DNA from: a virus
Taxonomy: Duplodnaviria > Caudoviricetes
Virus record (IMG/VR): IMGVR_UViG_2974767555_000001
Span: 1-64,000 of that record
Length of the DNA stretch: 64,000 bases
Reading direction: 5' to 3' (one strand)
The stretch's first letter is position 1. Every line of letters starts with the position of its first letter. The notes below the pieces were generated by a model. The model saw nothing but the letters and a program-made list of their open reading frames with translations, was not told the DNA's origin and ran no database searches. A program made the translations under genes and the position numbers. Shown in pieces: positions 8,958 through 18,613 of this stretch.

Positions 8958-10352
8958 ATGGAGGAACGTCTCAAGCGTCTGATCGCGTTGCGTGCCAAGG
9001 CGCAAGAGGAACTGGACAAGCTGGTCGCCGAGCGCCAGGCCATCGCCGACGTGGCCAAGGAGGAAGCGCGCGAGGACCTGACGGTGGAGGAGGACACGGA
9101 GTACCGTGCCAAGACCGCCGCCATCGGCACCAAGCAGACCGAGTGCGCTGGTCTCGACGAGCGCATCCAGGAGCTGGCCCAGGAGATCGAGCGGTCGGGC
9201 AAGCTGTCGGAGGGTGCCGCTGCGGTTCGCAAGGCCCAGCAGCGCGTCGAGTCGGTCAAGGAAGCCCGTGCCTACGAGAAGGGCAACGGGCACAGCTACT
9301 TCCGCGACCTGATCCTCAGCCAGCGCAACATGGACGGCAGCGGCGAAGCCGCCGAGCGTCTTTCGCGCCACGCCAAGGACGTGTCCACCGACTCCGAGTA
9401 CCGCGACATGGACACCGTGGACGGCAACGGCGGGTACTTCGTGCCCCCCGTGTGGCTGGTGTCCCAGTTCATCGAGCTGGCCCGGTCGGGTCGCGCCTAC
9501 GCGAACCTCGTTCCGTCCCAGGCGCTGCCGAGCGGCACGAACTCCATCAACATCCCCAAGGTGACTGCGGGGACTGCGGTGGCGTTCCAGACCGCCGACA
9601 ACGCCGCCGTCAACGAGCAGGACGCCGACGATGCCAGCATCGAGGCCAAGGTTCGCACCATCGCCGGCCAGGCCGACGTGGCGATCCAGCTGCTCGACCA
9701 GTCGCCCGTGTCGTTCGATGAGGTCATCTTCCGTGACCTGATCGCCGACTACGGCACCAAGGTGGACGTGGCCACCCTCGCGGGTTCGGGCACCAACGGT
9801 CAGGTTCTGGGTGTCCACAACACCCCGAACATCACCACCATCCCGGTGTCGTCGGTCGATGTCGCCGGGTTCTACTCCGCTGTGGCAGACGCGATCCAGC
9901 GTGTCCACACCAGCCGGTTCCTGCCCCCGACCCACATCGTCATGCACCCGCGCCGCTGGGCGTGGCTGACTGCCGAGCTGGGCAACGACGGTCGCCCGCT
10001 GGTGCTCCCCGCCGCGAACGCCCCGCAGAACGCCGTCGCCACCATGGCCGGTGTGTTGTCGGAGCAGGTCGTCGGCTCGCTGCAGGGCCTGCCGGTGGTC
10101 ACCGACCCGAACATCGGCATCAACTACGGCGACGACGGCGACGGTGGCCCCAACGGCGAGGACGTGGTGTACGTCCAGCGGTCGTCGGACCTGATGCTGT
10201 TCGAGAGCGGCATCAAGACCCGGGTGTTGCCCGAGGTCGGTTCCGGCACCCTGACGGTGCGGCTCCAGGTGTACGGCTACATGGCCTTCACCGCCGAGCG
10301 GTACCCGCAGTCGGTCGTGGAAATCACCGGCCTGACGGCACCGACGTTCTGA
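8958..10352 (+). CDS. Major capsid protein (HK97 fold, coiled-coil N-terminal delta domain)
   Basis: GGYFVPP, QLLDQS, GSGTNGQVLGV, MHPRRW motifs; GAAGGGA RBS. Confidence 0.93.
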   Translation: MEERLKRLIALRAKAQEELDKLVAERQAIADVAKEEAREDLTVEEDTEYRAKTAAIGTKQTECAGLDERIQELAQEIERSGKLSEGAAAVRKAQQRVESVKEARAYEKGNGHSYFRDLILSQRNMDGSGEAAERLSRHAKDVSTDSEYRDMDTVDGNGGYFVPPVWLVSQFIELARSGRAYANLVPSQALPSGTNSINIPKVTAGTAVAFQTADNAAVNEQDADDASIEAKVRTIAGQADVAIQLLDQSPVSFDEVIFRDLIADYGTKVDVATLAGSGTNGQVLGVHNTPNITTIPVSSVDVAGFYSAVADAIQRVHTSRFLPPTHIVMHPRRWAWLTAELGNDGRPLVLPAANAPQNAVATMAGVLSEQVVGSLQGLPVVTDPNIGINYGDDGDGGPNGEDVVYVQRSSDLMLFESGIKTRVLPEVGSGTLTVRLQVYGYMAFTAERYPQSVVEITGLTAPTF

Positions 10353-10367
10353 CCGTGACAACCGGAC

Positions 10368-10410
10368 ACGCCTCCCGCCCCGAGTCTTCCCCGGGGCGGG
10401 GGGCGTTGTC
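10368..10410 (+). terminator. Intrinsic terminator-like hairpin after capsid gene
   Basis: ACGCCTCCCGCCCCG / CGGGGCGGGGGGCGT stem followed by TGTC. Confidence 0.65.
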
Positions 10411-10425
10411 CTGAAAGGACTTCCA

Positions 10426-10830
10426 ATGGCTATCAAGCCGAAGAAGCGAAACGCCAACGCCGACCACATCGCGGCGCTGAAGGCCAAGCGTGACCTGTAC
10501 GCCCGCGCGGGCAAGGACACGACCAGCTTGGACGCCCAACTGGCACGGTTCAACGCCAAGCCTGCCGCCCCCGTTGCCACCCCGGTGGTCAACACCCCCG
10601 CCCCGGAGGCCAAGGACGGCAGCGACAGCGGCAGCGCGCCTGCCACCCCACCGGCAGCCACGCCGGAACCGCCCGGAGGTGATCAGGTGGAGAACAAGGC
10701 GCTCGACCGCGACGACGAAGAGAACGCCAAGGCCAAGGCCCAGCAGGAGAACAAGGCCCTGCCTCAGTCGCGGCCCGCTGGCCCGTCGCACAAGCCCGGT
10801 CAGCGGAACCACCCGGGCCGCAAGGGATAA
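10426..10830 (+). CDS. Hypothetical low-complexity head-associated protein
   Basis: GAAAGGA RBS; position between capsid and adaptor. Confidence 0.65.
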   Translation: MAIKPKKRNANADHIAALKAKRDLYARAGKDTTSLDAQLARFNAKPAAPVATPVVNTPAPEAKDGSDSGSAPATPPAATPEPPGGDQVENKALDRDDEENAKAKAQQENKALPQSRPAGPSHKPGQRNHPGRKG

Positions 10831-10832
10831 CG

Positions 10833-11375
10833 ATGGCCCTGGAACTGGTCAAAGTCACCGACCTGGCCAAGCTGGAGGACGGGGAGGACGCTGAGTTCTT
10901 CTTGGCCGCAGCGGAGGCGGCAGTGCGCGACTACTGCGGTTGGCACCTCGCCCCGTCGCGGACGGTGACCGAGCGTGTTCCGTTGGGCGAGCGGGGTCTG
11001 ATCGTCCTCAAGACCATGCACCTGACCGCCGTCACATCGGTGGTGGTGAATGGGGAGGAGCTGGACCCGGAGGACTACGACTGGGAGGCGTGCGGGGTCA
11101 TCACCCGCACGCGCCCGTCGTGGCCGAATAGTCCGCGTCCCAAGGCGACTGTGACGTTCACCCACGGTTACACCGACTGCCCGCCCAACGTGGCGATGGT
11201 GGTGCTGGAGCTGGCGTCACTGGCCAAGGAAATGCCCGCGTCACCGGCAAAGGACGTGTATGCCGGTCCGTTCCGTATGTCGCTGGCCAACCAGCTTGGC
11301 AACAGTCTGAACCCGGACCAGAAGTCGCGGCTGGCCAACTACCGGGTGACTGAGTTCGGGTTCGGGGTGTTCTGA
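10833..11375 (+). CDS. Head-to-tail adaptor
   Basis: AVRDYCGWH, TFTHGY motifs; synteny. Confidence 0.8.
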   Translation: MALELVKVTDLAKLEDGEDAEFFLAAAEAAVRDYCGWHLAPSRTVTERVPLGERGLIVLKTMHLTAVTSVVVNGEELDPEDYDWEACGVITRTRPSWPNSPRPKATVTFTHGYTDCPPNVAMVVLELASLAKEMPASPAKDVYAGPFRMSLANQLGNSLNPDQKSRLANYRVTEFGFGVF

Positions 11376-11749
11376 TGCCGGTGTTCCGAGAGGTCCACCC
11401 GATCAGGCACTACCCGTTCATTCCAGACCCCAACGGGCTGACCGACACCCACGGCAACGTCATCGGCACGGTGTCTACCGATCCGGTGCCGCGCAAGGTG
11501 ATTGCCATCTACCCGAACGGAACCCCGTTCGAGGCAAACCATTCCATCGACTACGTGGAACGGGACGTGTCGTTCCTGATCATGCTGGTCAGGAAGCCTG
11601 AGCTGTATCACGCCCAGGATGAGGTGGAGATCAACGGTCGCCGGTTCCAGGTACAGGGTGAGGGCGAGGACCTGGACTATCGCCGGTCGCCGTGGCCCAA
11701 CGTGACCAAGGCATTCGGCGGTCAGGTACTGATCAGGAGGGTCGGCTGA
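11375..11749 (+). CDS. Head-to-tail stopper
   Basis: DEVEINGRRFQVQGE motif; synteny. Confidence 0.72.
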   Translation: MPVFREVHPIRHYPFIPDPNGLTDTHGNVIGTVSTDPVPRKVIAIYPNGTPFEANHSIDYVERDVSFLIMLVRKPELYHAQDEVEINGRRFQVQGEGEDLDYRRSPWPNVTKAFGGQVLIRRVG

Positions 11750-11997
11750 TGGCTGTCCGTATCAAGTGGAACCGCAGGGGGTTCCGGCAGGTGCGTCATG
11801 CGTTCGGTGGGTATGTCCAGCAGCGCGCGGAGTCGGCGCTGTCGGGCCTGCCCGAGGGGTACAAGGTGGTCACCCAGCGTGACCCCTCGACCCAGCGCCC
11901 GCGCGCGTACCTGGTGGCCGACAGCTACGAGGCGCGCAAGGACGAGGCCGAGAACAGCACGCTGTTGAAGAAGATCAGCAGTATGCGGGGCACGTGA
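11749..11997 (+). CDS. Neck/tail completion protein
   Basis: IKWNRRGF...RARAYL...ARKDEAENSTLLK; TGATG start; synteny. Confidence 0.65.
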   Translation: MAVRIKWNRRGFRQVRHAFGGYVQQRAESALSGLPEGYKVVTQRDPSTQRPRAYLVADSYEARKDEAENSTLLKKISSMRGT

Positions 11998-12434
11998 TGG
12001 TTGACGTTGCTGGCGAGTCGATTTACCCCCCGATCCTTCCTCCCGACCTGGAGGAGCTGTCGGTCAATTACCTGATGCTCAAGATGGCGGTGGCGATGGG
12101 TACCCGGCTGCCGAAAACCCCGGCAGGGCAGTCGCTGCCCGATCCGTTCGTCCGGGTCCAGTTCGGTGGTGGTGTGCAGGTCAACCCCATCGAGTTCGAC
12201 ATCGACACGATCATCCACAGCTATCACGCCGATGAGACGTTGGCATCGCTGAACTGCCGCACTGCCTTTGCTCACATGGTCGCGGCCCGGGGGCTGACCG
12301 TCGATGGCTGGTTCATCAGCGGCACCCGCGGAACGTCGCTGCCGCACCGCATGTCGGACCCCCAGGTCCCACTTCCCCGGTACCGGGCGATGGTCTGCTG
12401 GCGCGTTCAGGGCCAGCTGATCACCCCCCAGTAG
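11994..12434 (+). CDS. Tail terminator protein
   Basis: PDPFVRVQFGGG...PRYRA motif; synteny. Confidence 0.72.
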   Translation: MMVDVAGESIYPPILPPDLEELSVNYLMLKMAVAMGTRLPKTPAGQSLPDPFVRVQFGGGVQVNPIEFDIDTIIHSYHADETLASLNCRTAFAHMVAARGLTVDGWFISGTRGTSLPHRMSDPQVPLPRYRAMVCWRVQGQLITPQ

Positions 12435-12466
12435 ACCTCACGCCCCCCGTGGGGCAGATGAGAACC

Positions 12467-12502
12467 ACAGCCACACCAATCCCGGTGTGGCTGTTCGCGT
12501 TT
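12467..12502 (+). terminator. Terminator-like hairpin upstream of major tail gene
   Basis: ACAGCCACACC-AATCCC-GGTGTGGCTGT then TCGCGTTT. Confidence 0.55.
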
Positions 12503-12546
12503 CACGCCCTACCTGGGTGTGGATCACCACCAGAAAGGACAGCCCA

Positions 12547-13128
12547 ATGGCTGAAAACAACGTCCTGGAGCTGGCGGCCCCGTCCCCACGGGTGACCGGT
12601 GGCGTCCTGCGTGCCCCCATCGGCAGCGAGCTGCCGACCAGCGCGGTCGGTGCCCCCGACTCCGCGTTCGTCAACCTGGGCCACGTCTCCGACGACGGCC
12701 TGGAGCGCACCGAGAACCGCAACAACACCGACACCTTCAACTGGGGTGGCGACCTGGTTGCGGTGCTGCAGCAGGAGTTCGGCCTGGAGCTGAAGTTCAA
12801 GCTGCTCCAGACCATGAACGCCGACGTGCAGAAGGCCGTTCACGGTGACAGCAACGTGACCGTCACCCCGGGCGACGCGACCCACGGCGCGCAGATCACC
12901 GCCAAGCTGAACGCCAAGCTGCTCGACACGGGCTGCTGGGTGTTCGACGGGTTCTACAACCTGATCTCGATGCGACTGGTCATCCCCATCGGTCGTATCA
13001 CCCAGGTCGGCCCGGTCAAGTGGGTGCACAAGGAACTGGCCGCGTACGAGTGCACGCTCAAGCCGTTCCCCGACGACGAGGGCAACCACGGTTACCAGTA
13101 TTACGACGACGGCATCGTGGTCCTGTAA
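12547..13128 (+). CDS. Major tail protein
   Basis: LGHVSDDGL, FNWGGD, AYECTLKPFPD motifs; GAAAGGA RBS before ATG 12547. Confidence 0.87.
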   Translation: MAENNVLELAAPSPRVTGGVLRAPIGSELPTSAVGAPDSAFVNLGHVSDDGLERTENRNNTDTFNWGGDLVAVLQQEFGLELKFKLLQTMNADVQKAVHGDSNVTVTPGDATHGAQITAKLNAKLLDTGCWVFDGFYNLISMRLVIPIGRITQVGPVKWVHKELAAYECTLKPFPDDEGNHGYQYYDDGIVVL

Positions 13129-13144
13129 GGGGAGTGACTGACCA

Positions 13145-13597
13145 ATGACCACACCGGCCAAGAAGACGACGGCGCGAAAGGCCGCGCCGCGCAAGCAGTC
13201 ACCGAAGAAGAAGGCCGCTTCCACCAACCCCGAGGTGGAGGCCGATCAGACCGAGGCCGCAGCGGTTGACACCTCCAAGGACGCCGAGACCAAGGCGCAC
13301 CTGGAGGTGCTCAACGCGCTGAAGAAGCTGTACCCCAAGGGAACCGAGTTCTTCGTGTTCACCGCCGAGGACGGCACGATGATCCCGCTCCCACGGTTCA
13401 CGCAGGTGCCGCAACCGGATCGGGCGTTCTTCTGGCGTATCTACCAGATGGACGCCATGTTCCAGGGGTTTGAGTGGATGCGGCACGCCAAGGTGCCGAC
13501 CGAAATTCAGGCCATCATCGTGGAGCTGGGGGCCAAGGACTATGACCAGATGTTCGATGACTGGTTCGCCGACGCCCAACTGACAGCGGGGGAATAG
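13145..13597 (+). CDS. Tail assembly chaperone (short form)
   Basis: Between major tail and tape measure; ends GCG GGG GAA TAG. Confidence 0.85.
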   Translation: MTTPAKKTTARKAAPRKQSPKKKAASTNPEVEADQTEAAAVDTSKDAETKAHLEVLNALKKLYPKGTEFFVFTAEDGTMIPLPRFTQVPQPDRAFFWRIYQMDAMFQGFEWMRHAKVPTEIQAIIVELGAKDYDQMFDDWFADAQLTAGE

Positions 13598-14025
13598 GAG
13601 CGCTCACCCGTGCCATCGGCGCACATTGGCACGCGGTAGAGCGCGATCTGATCGCGCTGGGCAAGGACGAGGAATTCGACAACGGCACACTGGGTTTGGC
13701 CAAGTTGGGTTCCATCGTCCTTGCCGCGCAACCCGGTACAGCCGTACATCACGCCGTCAACGAGGGGTGGACCCCGGAGGCCCACCTGTTGGCAAATCAG
13801 TTGGAGCAGCGCGCCGGTCTGCTCAACATGGCGCGCCGTATGCCCCGCGCGGGTGTACCGGAGGAGACGCCGACACCGCCCCAGCCGGTCAACGACAAGC
13901 GCGTTGATAGCTGGGATTCCTTGCCGCTCGACCAATTCGAGCGGCTTCGTGCTGAGAACTACGCCAAGGGCAAGGCCAAGGGGCGCAAGCCCAAGGGTCG
14001 TGTGTCCCGAGTAAAGAGGAGGTGA
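13145..14025 (+). CDS. Tail assembly chaperone, -1 frameshift-extended form
   Basis: The -1 frame after GGGGGAA is open (GIGALTRAIGAHWHAVERDL...) and joins the ORF ending at 14025. Confidence 0.82.
13588..13594 (+). promoter_or_regulatory. -1 ribosomal slippery site GGGGGAA
   Basis: Immediately before TAG 13595-13597; typical of mycobacteriophage tail chaperones. Confidence 0.85.
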
Positions 14026-14029
14026 GCCT

Positions 14030-17000
14030 GTGACCACACCCGGTGGCGGCATCGAGTTGGCCCAGATTTGGGTCCCGCTGATGCCTGAAGCGTCGAAACT
14101 CGCTGCGGGCGTCGAGAAGATCGGGCGTGATGCCGAACGCCGGTTTGGTCAGGCCACCAAGACGATGGGCGCGTCGATGGCGCGCAACGTCGAGACCAAC
14201 GCCGGTCGGCTGCGGTCGGTGCTCGCTGACGTAGAGAAGCGCACCCAGGCCGTCGAGAGGGCCAAGCGGAAGGAAGCCGACGCCCAGGGGCGGGTCAACG
14301 TCGCCGAGCAGCGCTACCACGAGCTGCGGAATAGCAGCAAGGCCAAGGAATCCCAGCGGGTCCAAGCGTATGAGCGGATGACTGCCGCCCAGCGCGCGCA
14401 TGAGGCGTCCACCAAGGCGCTGACCCGCGAGACCCGGATGTTGGAGGAAGCACAGCGCCGCCAGCAGGCCGTGCAGAACGGCAACGCCACCCGGATGCCG
14501 CTGGGCGCGAACATGCTCAACCAGGGCGAGAACGCGGGACAGTCTTGGACGCAAGGGTTTGGCCGCGCGCTGCGTACCGGTGCCGCGCTGGCCGGGTTCG
14601 GCGGGTTCGCCATGACCTTGAAGAAGGTTGTGACCGCTGGCGTCGAGATGGAGTCCAACCTCAACCGGTTGCAGGGCGTGACCAGTGCCAGCGCTGACGA
14701 GATGGCAAGGGCGAGCAAGCTGGCCCAGCAACTGGGCGCGGACACCTCGATTGTCGGTGCTACGTCAGCGTCTGCCGCTGCGGGCATGTTGGAACTGGCC
14801 AAGGGTGGTCTGACGCTGGAGCAGTCGATGGCTGCCGCGCGTGGCACCTTGGAACTGGCCGCTGCCGCCGACATCGACGCCGCGAAAGCTGCCGAGTCGC
14901 AGGCCGCGATCCTCAACTCCTTCCAGTTGATGCCCGAGCAGGCCGGTCACGTCGCTGACGTGCTGGCCAACGTCGCCAACGCTGCCGCTGGTGAGGTCCC
15001 CGACTTCATGTCGGCGCTCCAGCAGGCCGCGACGGTGGCCCACGGGTTCGGGATCAGCATGGAAGACACCGTGGCCGTGATGGGCCTGTTCGCCAAGGCG
15101 GGCATTCTGGGGTCTGACGCCGGTACGTCGCTCAAGACGATGCTGACCCACCTGGCCAATCCGAGCAACGCTGCCGCGCAAGCGATGGAGCGCCTGGGGG
15201 TCGTCTCTCACGACGTGGTGACCGGTGAGTTCGTCGGTGTCCACGAGCTGTTCCGGCAGATCGGTGAGGCCGGAAAGTCGATGCGGCCTGACGACTTCCA
15301 GCGTGACGTGGCCAAGTTGTTTGGCACCGACGCGATTCGCGGCGCGATGATCGCCGGGAACCAGGGTGTCGAGACGCTGAACCAGATGTCGGAGGCCGTC
15401 ACCGAGGTCGGTGGTGCCTCCAAGATGGCATCGGCCAACATGCAAGGCGTCCCAGGCGCTTTGGAGTCGGTCAGCAACGCGGCAGCCGGTGTCAGCGGGT
15501 CGCTGTACGACATGATGAAGCCCCTGCTGATCAGCGGTGCCGAGAGTGCCCTGGGTCTGTTGGAACGCGCGCAGGAGAGCCTGGACAAGCTCAAGTCCGG
15601 TGGTGGTGGCCCTGGTCTGCAGATGATCGCCGATGGCTGGAAGAACATCATGGGCGCGGTCAAGGACATCGGGCCTGAGCTGGTCGAGGCGGTCGGGTCC
15701 CTGCTCAAGGGCGCGGCGGGCACGGTTGTAGCCGGTTGGAGCGCACTGGGATTGGCGTTCAAGGTGATCGAGCCGCCAGCCAAGGCTCTGCTGTCGGTGC
15801 TCAACGCGATCCCGGGCGGGCTGACCACTGCCGCCGCGATCATGACTGCGCTGTACGCCAAGTCCAAGCTGACCGGCCCGGTGATGTCGCTGGCTGCCAA
15901 GGCAACGGGCCAGTGGGCCAAGGCCTTCAGCGGGTGGACGATGGAAGCCGACGCCGCCGACCGGACCATGACCCGGATCGTCAACAGCCAGGGCGAGACC
16001 GTGCTGATGCAGCGCGGCTACATGACCCAGGTCAGGGACGCCTACCGGACGGGTGCCGAAGGCGCGTCCCGGTTTAGCCGATCTGTCGGCGTCGCAAAGG
16101 GTGCCATGGCCGGTCTGAAGATCGCCGGTGGCGGGGTCATGTCGATGCTGGGTGGCCCGTGGGGGATTGCCGCGCTGGGCCTGACCGGGGCAATGGCACT
16201 GATCACCAGCGCCCACCAGAAGGCTGCCGAAGCTGCCGAGAAGCAGCGCCGCGAGGAGGAAGCGCTACAGAACACCCTGGACAAGAGCACGGGCGCGATC
16301 ACCGAGGAGACCCGGGAGGAGATCGCGCGCCGGTTCACCGACGAGGGAACCTCCGACCGCGCGGTCAGCTACGGGATCGACCCGAACAAGCTGGTGCAAG
16401 CGGCGACTGGTGACGGTCAGGCCTACGCCGACATCATGAATCAGGCCATCGAGCGCGGTATCCAGCCCGGTCTGGAGCAGATCAACTACGTGGGCGCTGG
16501 TGGGGTGCAGGTCAATTGGGATGTCATCAAGAAGCAGATCGGCGACGCCGGGGTCACGACCGACGAGCTGACCGCCGCGCTGCTGCGTCAGGGTGACGCC
16601 TGGGATCAGGTGCAGCAAAAGCTCAACGACGCTGCCGGTGACCCGTCCCAAGCGCTGAGCCTGCAAAAGCTGATCGACCAGATGCCCGACGCGAATGAGT
16701 CGATCATCACGATGGCCCAGAACCTGAACGAGGTACAGGACCAGCTGGGTACGACCAGCGAGAAGCAGCGGCTGTTCAACGAAACCCTCAACGGCTCTTG
16801 GGAAGTCACCCAGCGCGGCATCGAGGCGTTCGGGGCGATGGGCGCGGCGGTCAAGGCGGTCCCGTCTGACAAGCAGGTCGTGGTCGAGGTACCGGAGGAC
16901 AAGCGCGTCGAGTTCCTCAACAAGATGCAGGAGTTCGGCAACACGGTCGAGCAGCTGCCTGACGGAACCATCGTGGTGACGGCCAATACCGCTGAGGCAG

Positions 17001-18613
17001 AACGTCGATTCCAGGACTACACACGCCAGATCGAGCGCACCAAGGTGGACGTGCACCTCAACCCCGTGTGGGGTGACCTGGGGTCGGGCCACGCCGCGGC
17101 TGCCGCGCGTCAGCGCCTGGGCGAGGTCGTCGGCCACGGTGGTCGCGCCAGCGGCGGCATGGTTGACAGCAACGGGATGATCAGCGGCCCGGGTAGCGGC
17201 ACCAGCGATTCGATCCTGGCCCAGGTGCTCGGTGGCCGGGGCGGGTTCGTGCGGGTGTCGAACCGGGAGTCGATCAACACCGAGCGATCCACGCGGGCCA
17301 ACTGGCCGGTCATCGACGCGATGAACAAGGGCGCGAACCTGACCCAGTGGTTCCGTCAGCTCCCCGCGTTCGCGGGTGGCGGTGCGTTCGACCTCGAGGA
17401 CGCCGTGTCGGAAATGTCTGGGGCACCGTACGTGCGGGGTGGGGCCGGTCCCAGCGGGGCTGACTGCTCCGGTGCGATGAGCTACCTGGTCAACCGTGCT
17501 CTGGGTCTGCCGACCGATTCCCGCATGGCCACCGGCAACGCTGGGGAGTGGTTGGCCGAGCGTGGGTTTGTCGAGGGTAGCGGCGGGCCTGGCACGTTCC
17601 GCATCGGTTGGTACAACGGGGGTCCCGGTGGTGGCCACATGGCCGGGACGCTGCCCGATGGGACCAACGTGGAGTCGGGCGGGTCGGTCGGCAACTTCAC
17701 CGCTGGCGGGTCGGTCGGTGCCGATGATCCCAAGTTCACCAACCAGATGTACCTGCCGGTCGATGCGCTGTACCCGGACGGGGACCCGTATGGATCAGGT
17801 GGGGGCTACGGGGGTTCGTTCGGCAGCGGGGGCGGCAGCGGTGGTGCCGGGGGTTCTGGTCCCACGGGTGCTGAGCGGCGCGCGCTGCGGAACGCGGCCC
17901 AGAAGATCGAGGACACCGCCAAGTCGGTCGAGTCGGCCCAGAAAGCGTTGGAGGAGCTGTCGCCCAACGCCAAGGAATCGACCCGGATGAACGCACAGAA
18001 GCGGCTGGACAAGGCGATTCGTGAACACGAGGACGCCATCAACGACGAGGCCGAGCTACGCGAGGAGACGGCCCAGAAGGTCCGTGACCGGGCCAGCAAG
18101 GGCGGCAAGGGGTCCGGTGGTTCGGGCAACTTTGGTCAGGACCTGTTTAACGGGATGTTGGAGGCCATCGGTCTGGACGGGTCGGTGTTCGGCAACCCGT
18201 TTGAGTGGGGTATCTGGAAGCTGTTCACGGGTGGTGCCAACTGGCTTGGCGGCATCCTCCAAAAGAACGACTTCTCCAAGCCGCGACTGAACCCGTACGC
18301 GGGTGACCCTGCCAGTAGCGAGCACGGGCGCGGGTTCGGGTCACCTGGCCCGGGTAACGCTGGCGACGGCGGCATGGGTCAGTTCCAGCTTGGCGACGGC
18401 GGCGGTATGTCGAGTTTGGGCGACACCCTGCTGGGTGCGATCCCGGGGGTGGGTGACTTCCTCCCAAGTCCCGCAACGCAAGCCGCGCCAATTGACGCCT
18501 CGATCAACATTCACGGCAACGTTGACCGAGGCACGTTCAACGACATGAAGTCGGCCAACCTCAGCCGGGTGCGTTCTGCCGGTTCAGGTTTGAAGGGAAT
18601 GGGCGGGTTCTGA
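14030..18613 (+). CDS. Tape measure protein with embedded peptidoglycan-hydrolase-like motif
   Basis: 1527 aa Ala-rich helical protein; GSDAGTSLKTML TP901-type core; GGRASGG...GPGSGTSDSI; YVRGG...DCSG...GGHM motif. Confidence 0.93.
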   Translation: MTTPGGGIELAQIWVPLMPEASKLAAGVEKIGRDAERRFGQATKTMGASMARNVETNAGRLRSVLADVEKRTQAVERAKRKEADAQGRVNVAEQRYHELRNSSKAKESQRVQAYERMTAAQRAHEASTKALTRETRMLEEAQRRQQAVQNGNATRMPLGANMLNQGENAGQSWTQGFGRALRTGAALAGFGGFAMTLKKVVTAGVEMESNLNRLQGVTSASADEMARASKLAQQLGADTSIVGATSASAAAGMLELAKGGLTLEQSMAAARGTLELAAAADIDAAKAAESQAAILNSFQLMPEQAGHVADVLANVANAAAGEVPDFMSALQQAATVAHGFGISMEDTVAVMGLFAKAGILGSDAGTSLKTMLTHLANPSNAAAQAMERLGVVSHDVVTGEFVGVHELFRQIGEAGKSMRPDDFQRDVAKLFGTDAIRGAMIAGNQGVETLNQMSEAVTEVGGASKMASANMQGVPGALESVSNAAAGVSGSLYDMMKPLLISGAESALGLLERAQESLDKLKSGGGGPGLQMIADGWKNIMGAVKDIGPELVEAVGSLLKGAAGTVVAGWSALGLAFKVIEPPAKALLSVLNAIPGGLTTAAAIMTALYAKSKLTGPVMSLAAKATGQWAKAFSGWTMEADAADRTMTRIVNSQGETVLMQRGYMTQVRDAYRTGAEGASRFSRSVGVAKGAMAGLKIAGGGVMSMLGGPWGIAALGLTGAMALITSAHQKAAEAAEKQRREEEALQNTLDKSTGAITEETREEIARRFTDEGTSDRAVSYGIDPNKLVQAATGDGQAYADIMNQAIERGIQPGLEQINYVGAGGVQVNWDVIKKQIGDAGVTTDELTAALLRQGDAWDQVQQKLNDAAGDPSQALSLQKLIDQMPDANESIITMAQNLNEVQDQLGTTSEKQRLFNETLNGSWEVTQRGIEAFGAMGAAVKAVPSDKQVVVEVPEDKRVEFLNKMQEFGNTVEQLPDGTIVVTANTAEAERRFQDYTRQIERTKVDVHLNPVWGDLGSGHAAAAARQRLGEVVGHGGRASGGMVDSNGMISGPGSGTSDSILAQVLGGRGGFVRVSNRESINTERSTRANWPVIDAMNKGANLTQWFRQLPAFAGGGAFDLEDAVSEMSGAPYVRGGAGPSGADCSGAMSYLVNRALGLPTDSRMATGNAGEWLAERGFVEGSGGPGTFRIGWYNGGPGGGHMAGTLPDGTNVESGGSVGNFTAGGSVGADDPKFTNQMYLPVDALYPDGDPYGSGGGYGGSFGSGGGSGGAGGSGPTGAERRALRNAAQKIEDTAKSVESAQKALEELSPNAKESTRMNAQKRLDKAIREHEDAINDEAELREETAQKVRDRASKGGKGSGGSGNFGQDLFNGMLEAIGLDGSVFGNPFEWGIWKLFTGGANWLGGILQKNDFSKPRLNPYAGDPASSEHGRGFGSPGPGNAGDGGMGQFQLGDGGGMSSLGDTLLGAIPGVGDFLPSPATQAAPIDASINIHGNVDRGTFNDMKSANLSRVRSAGSGLKGMGGF

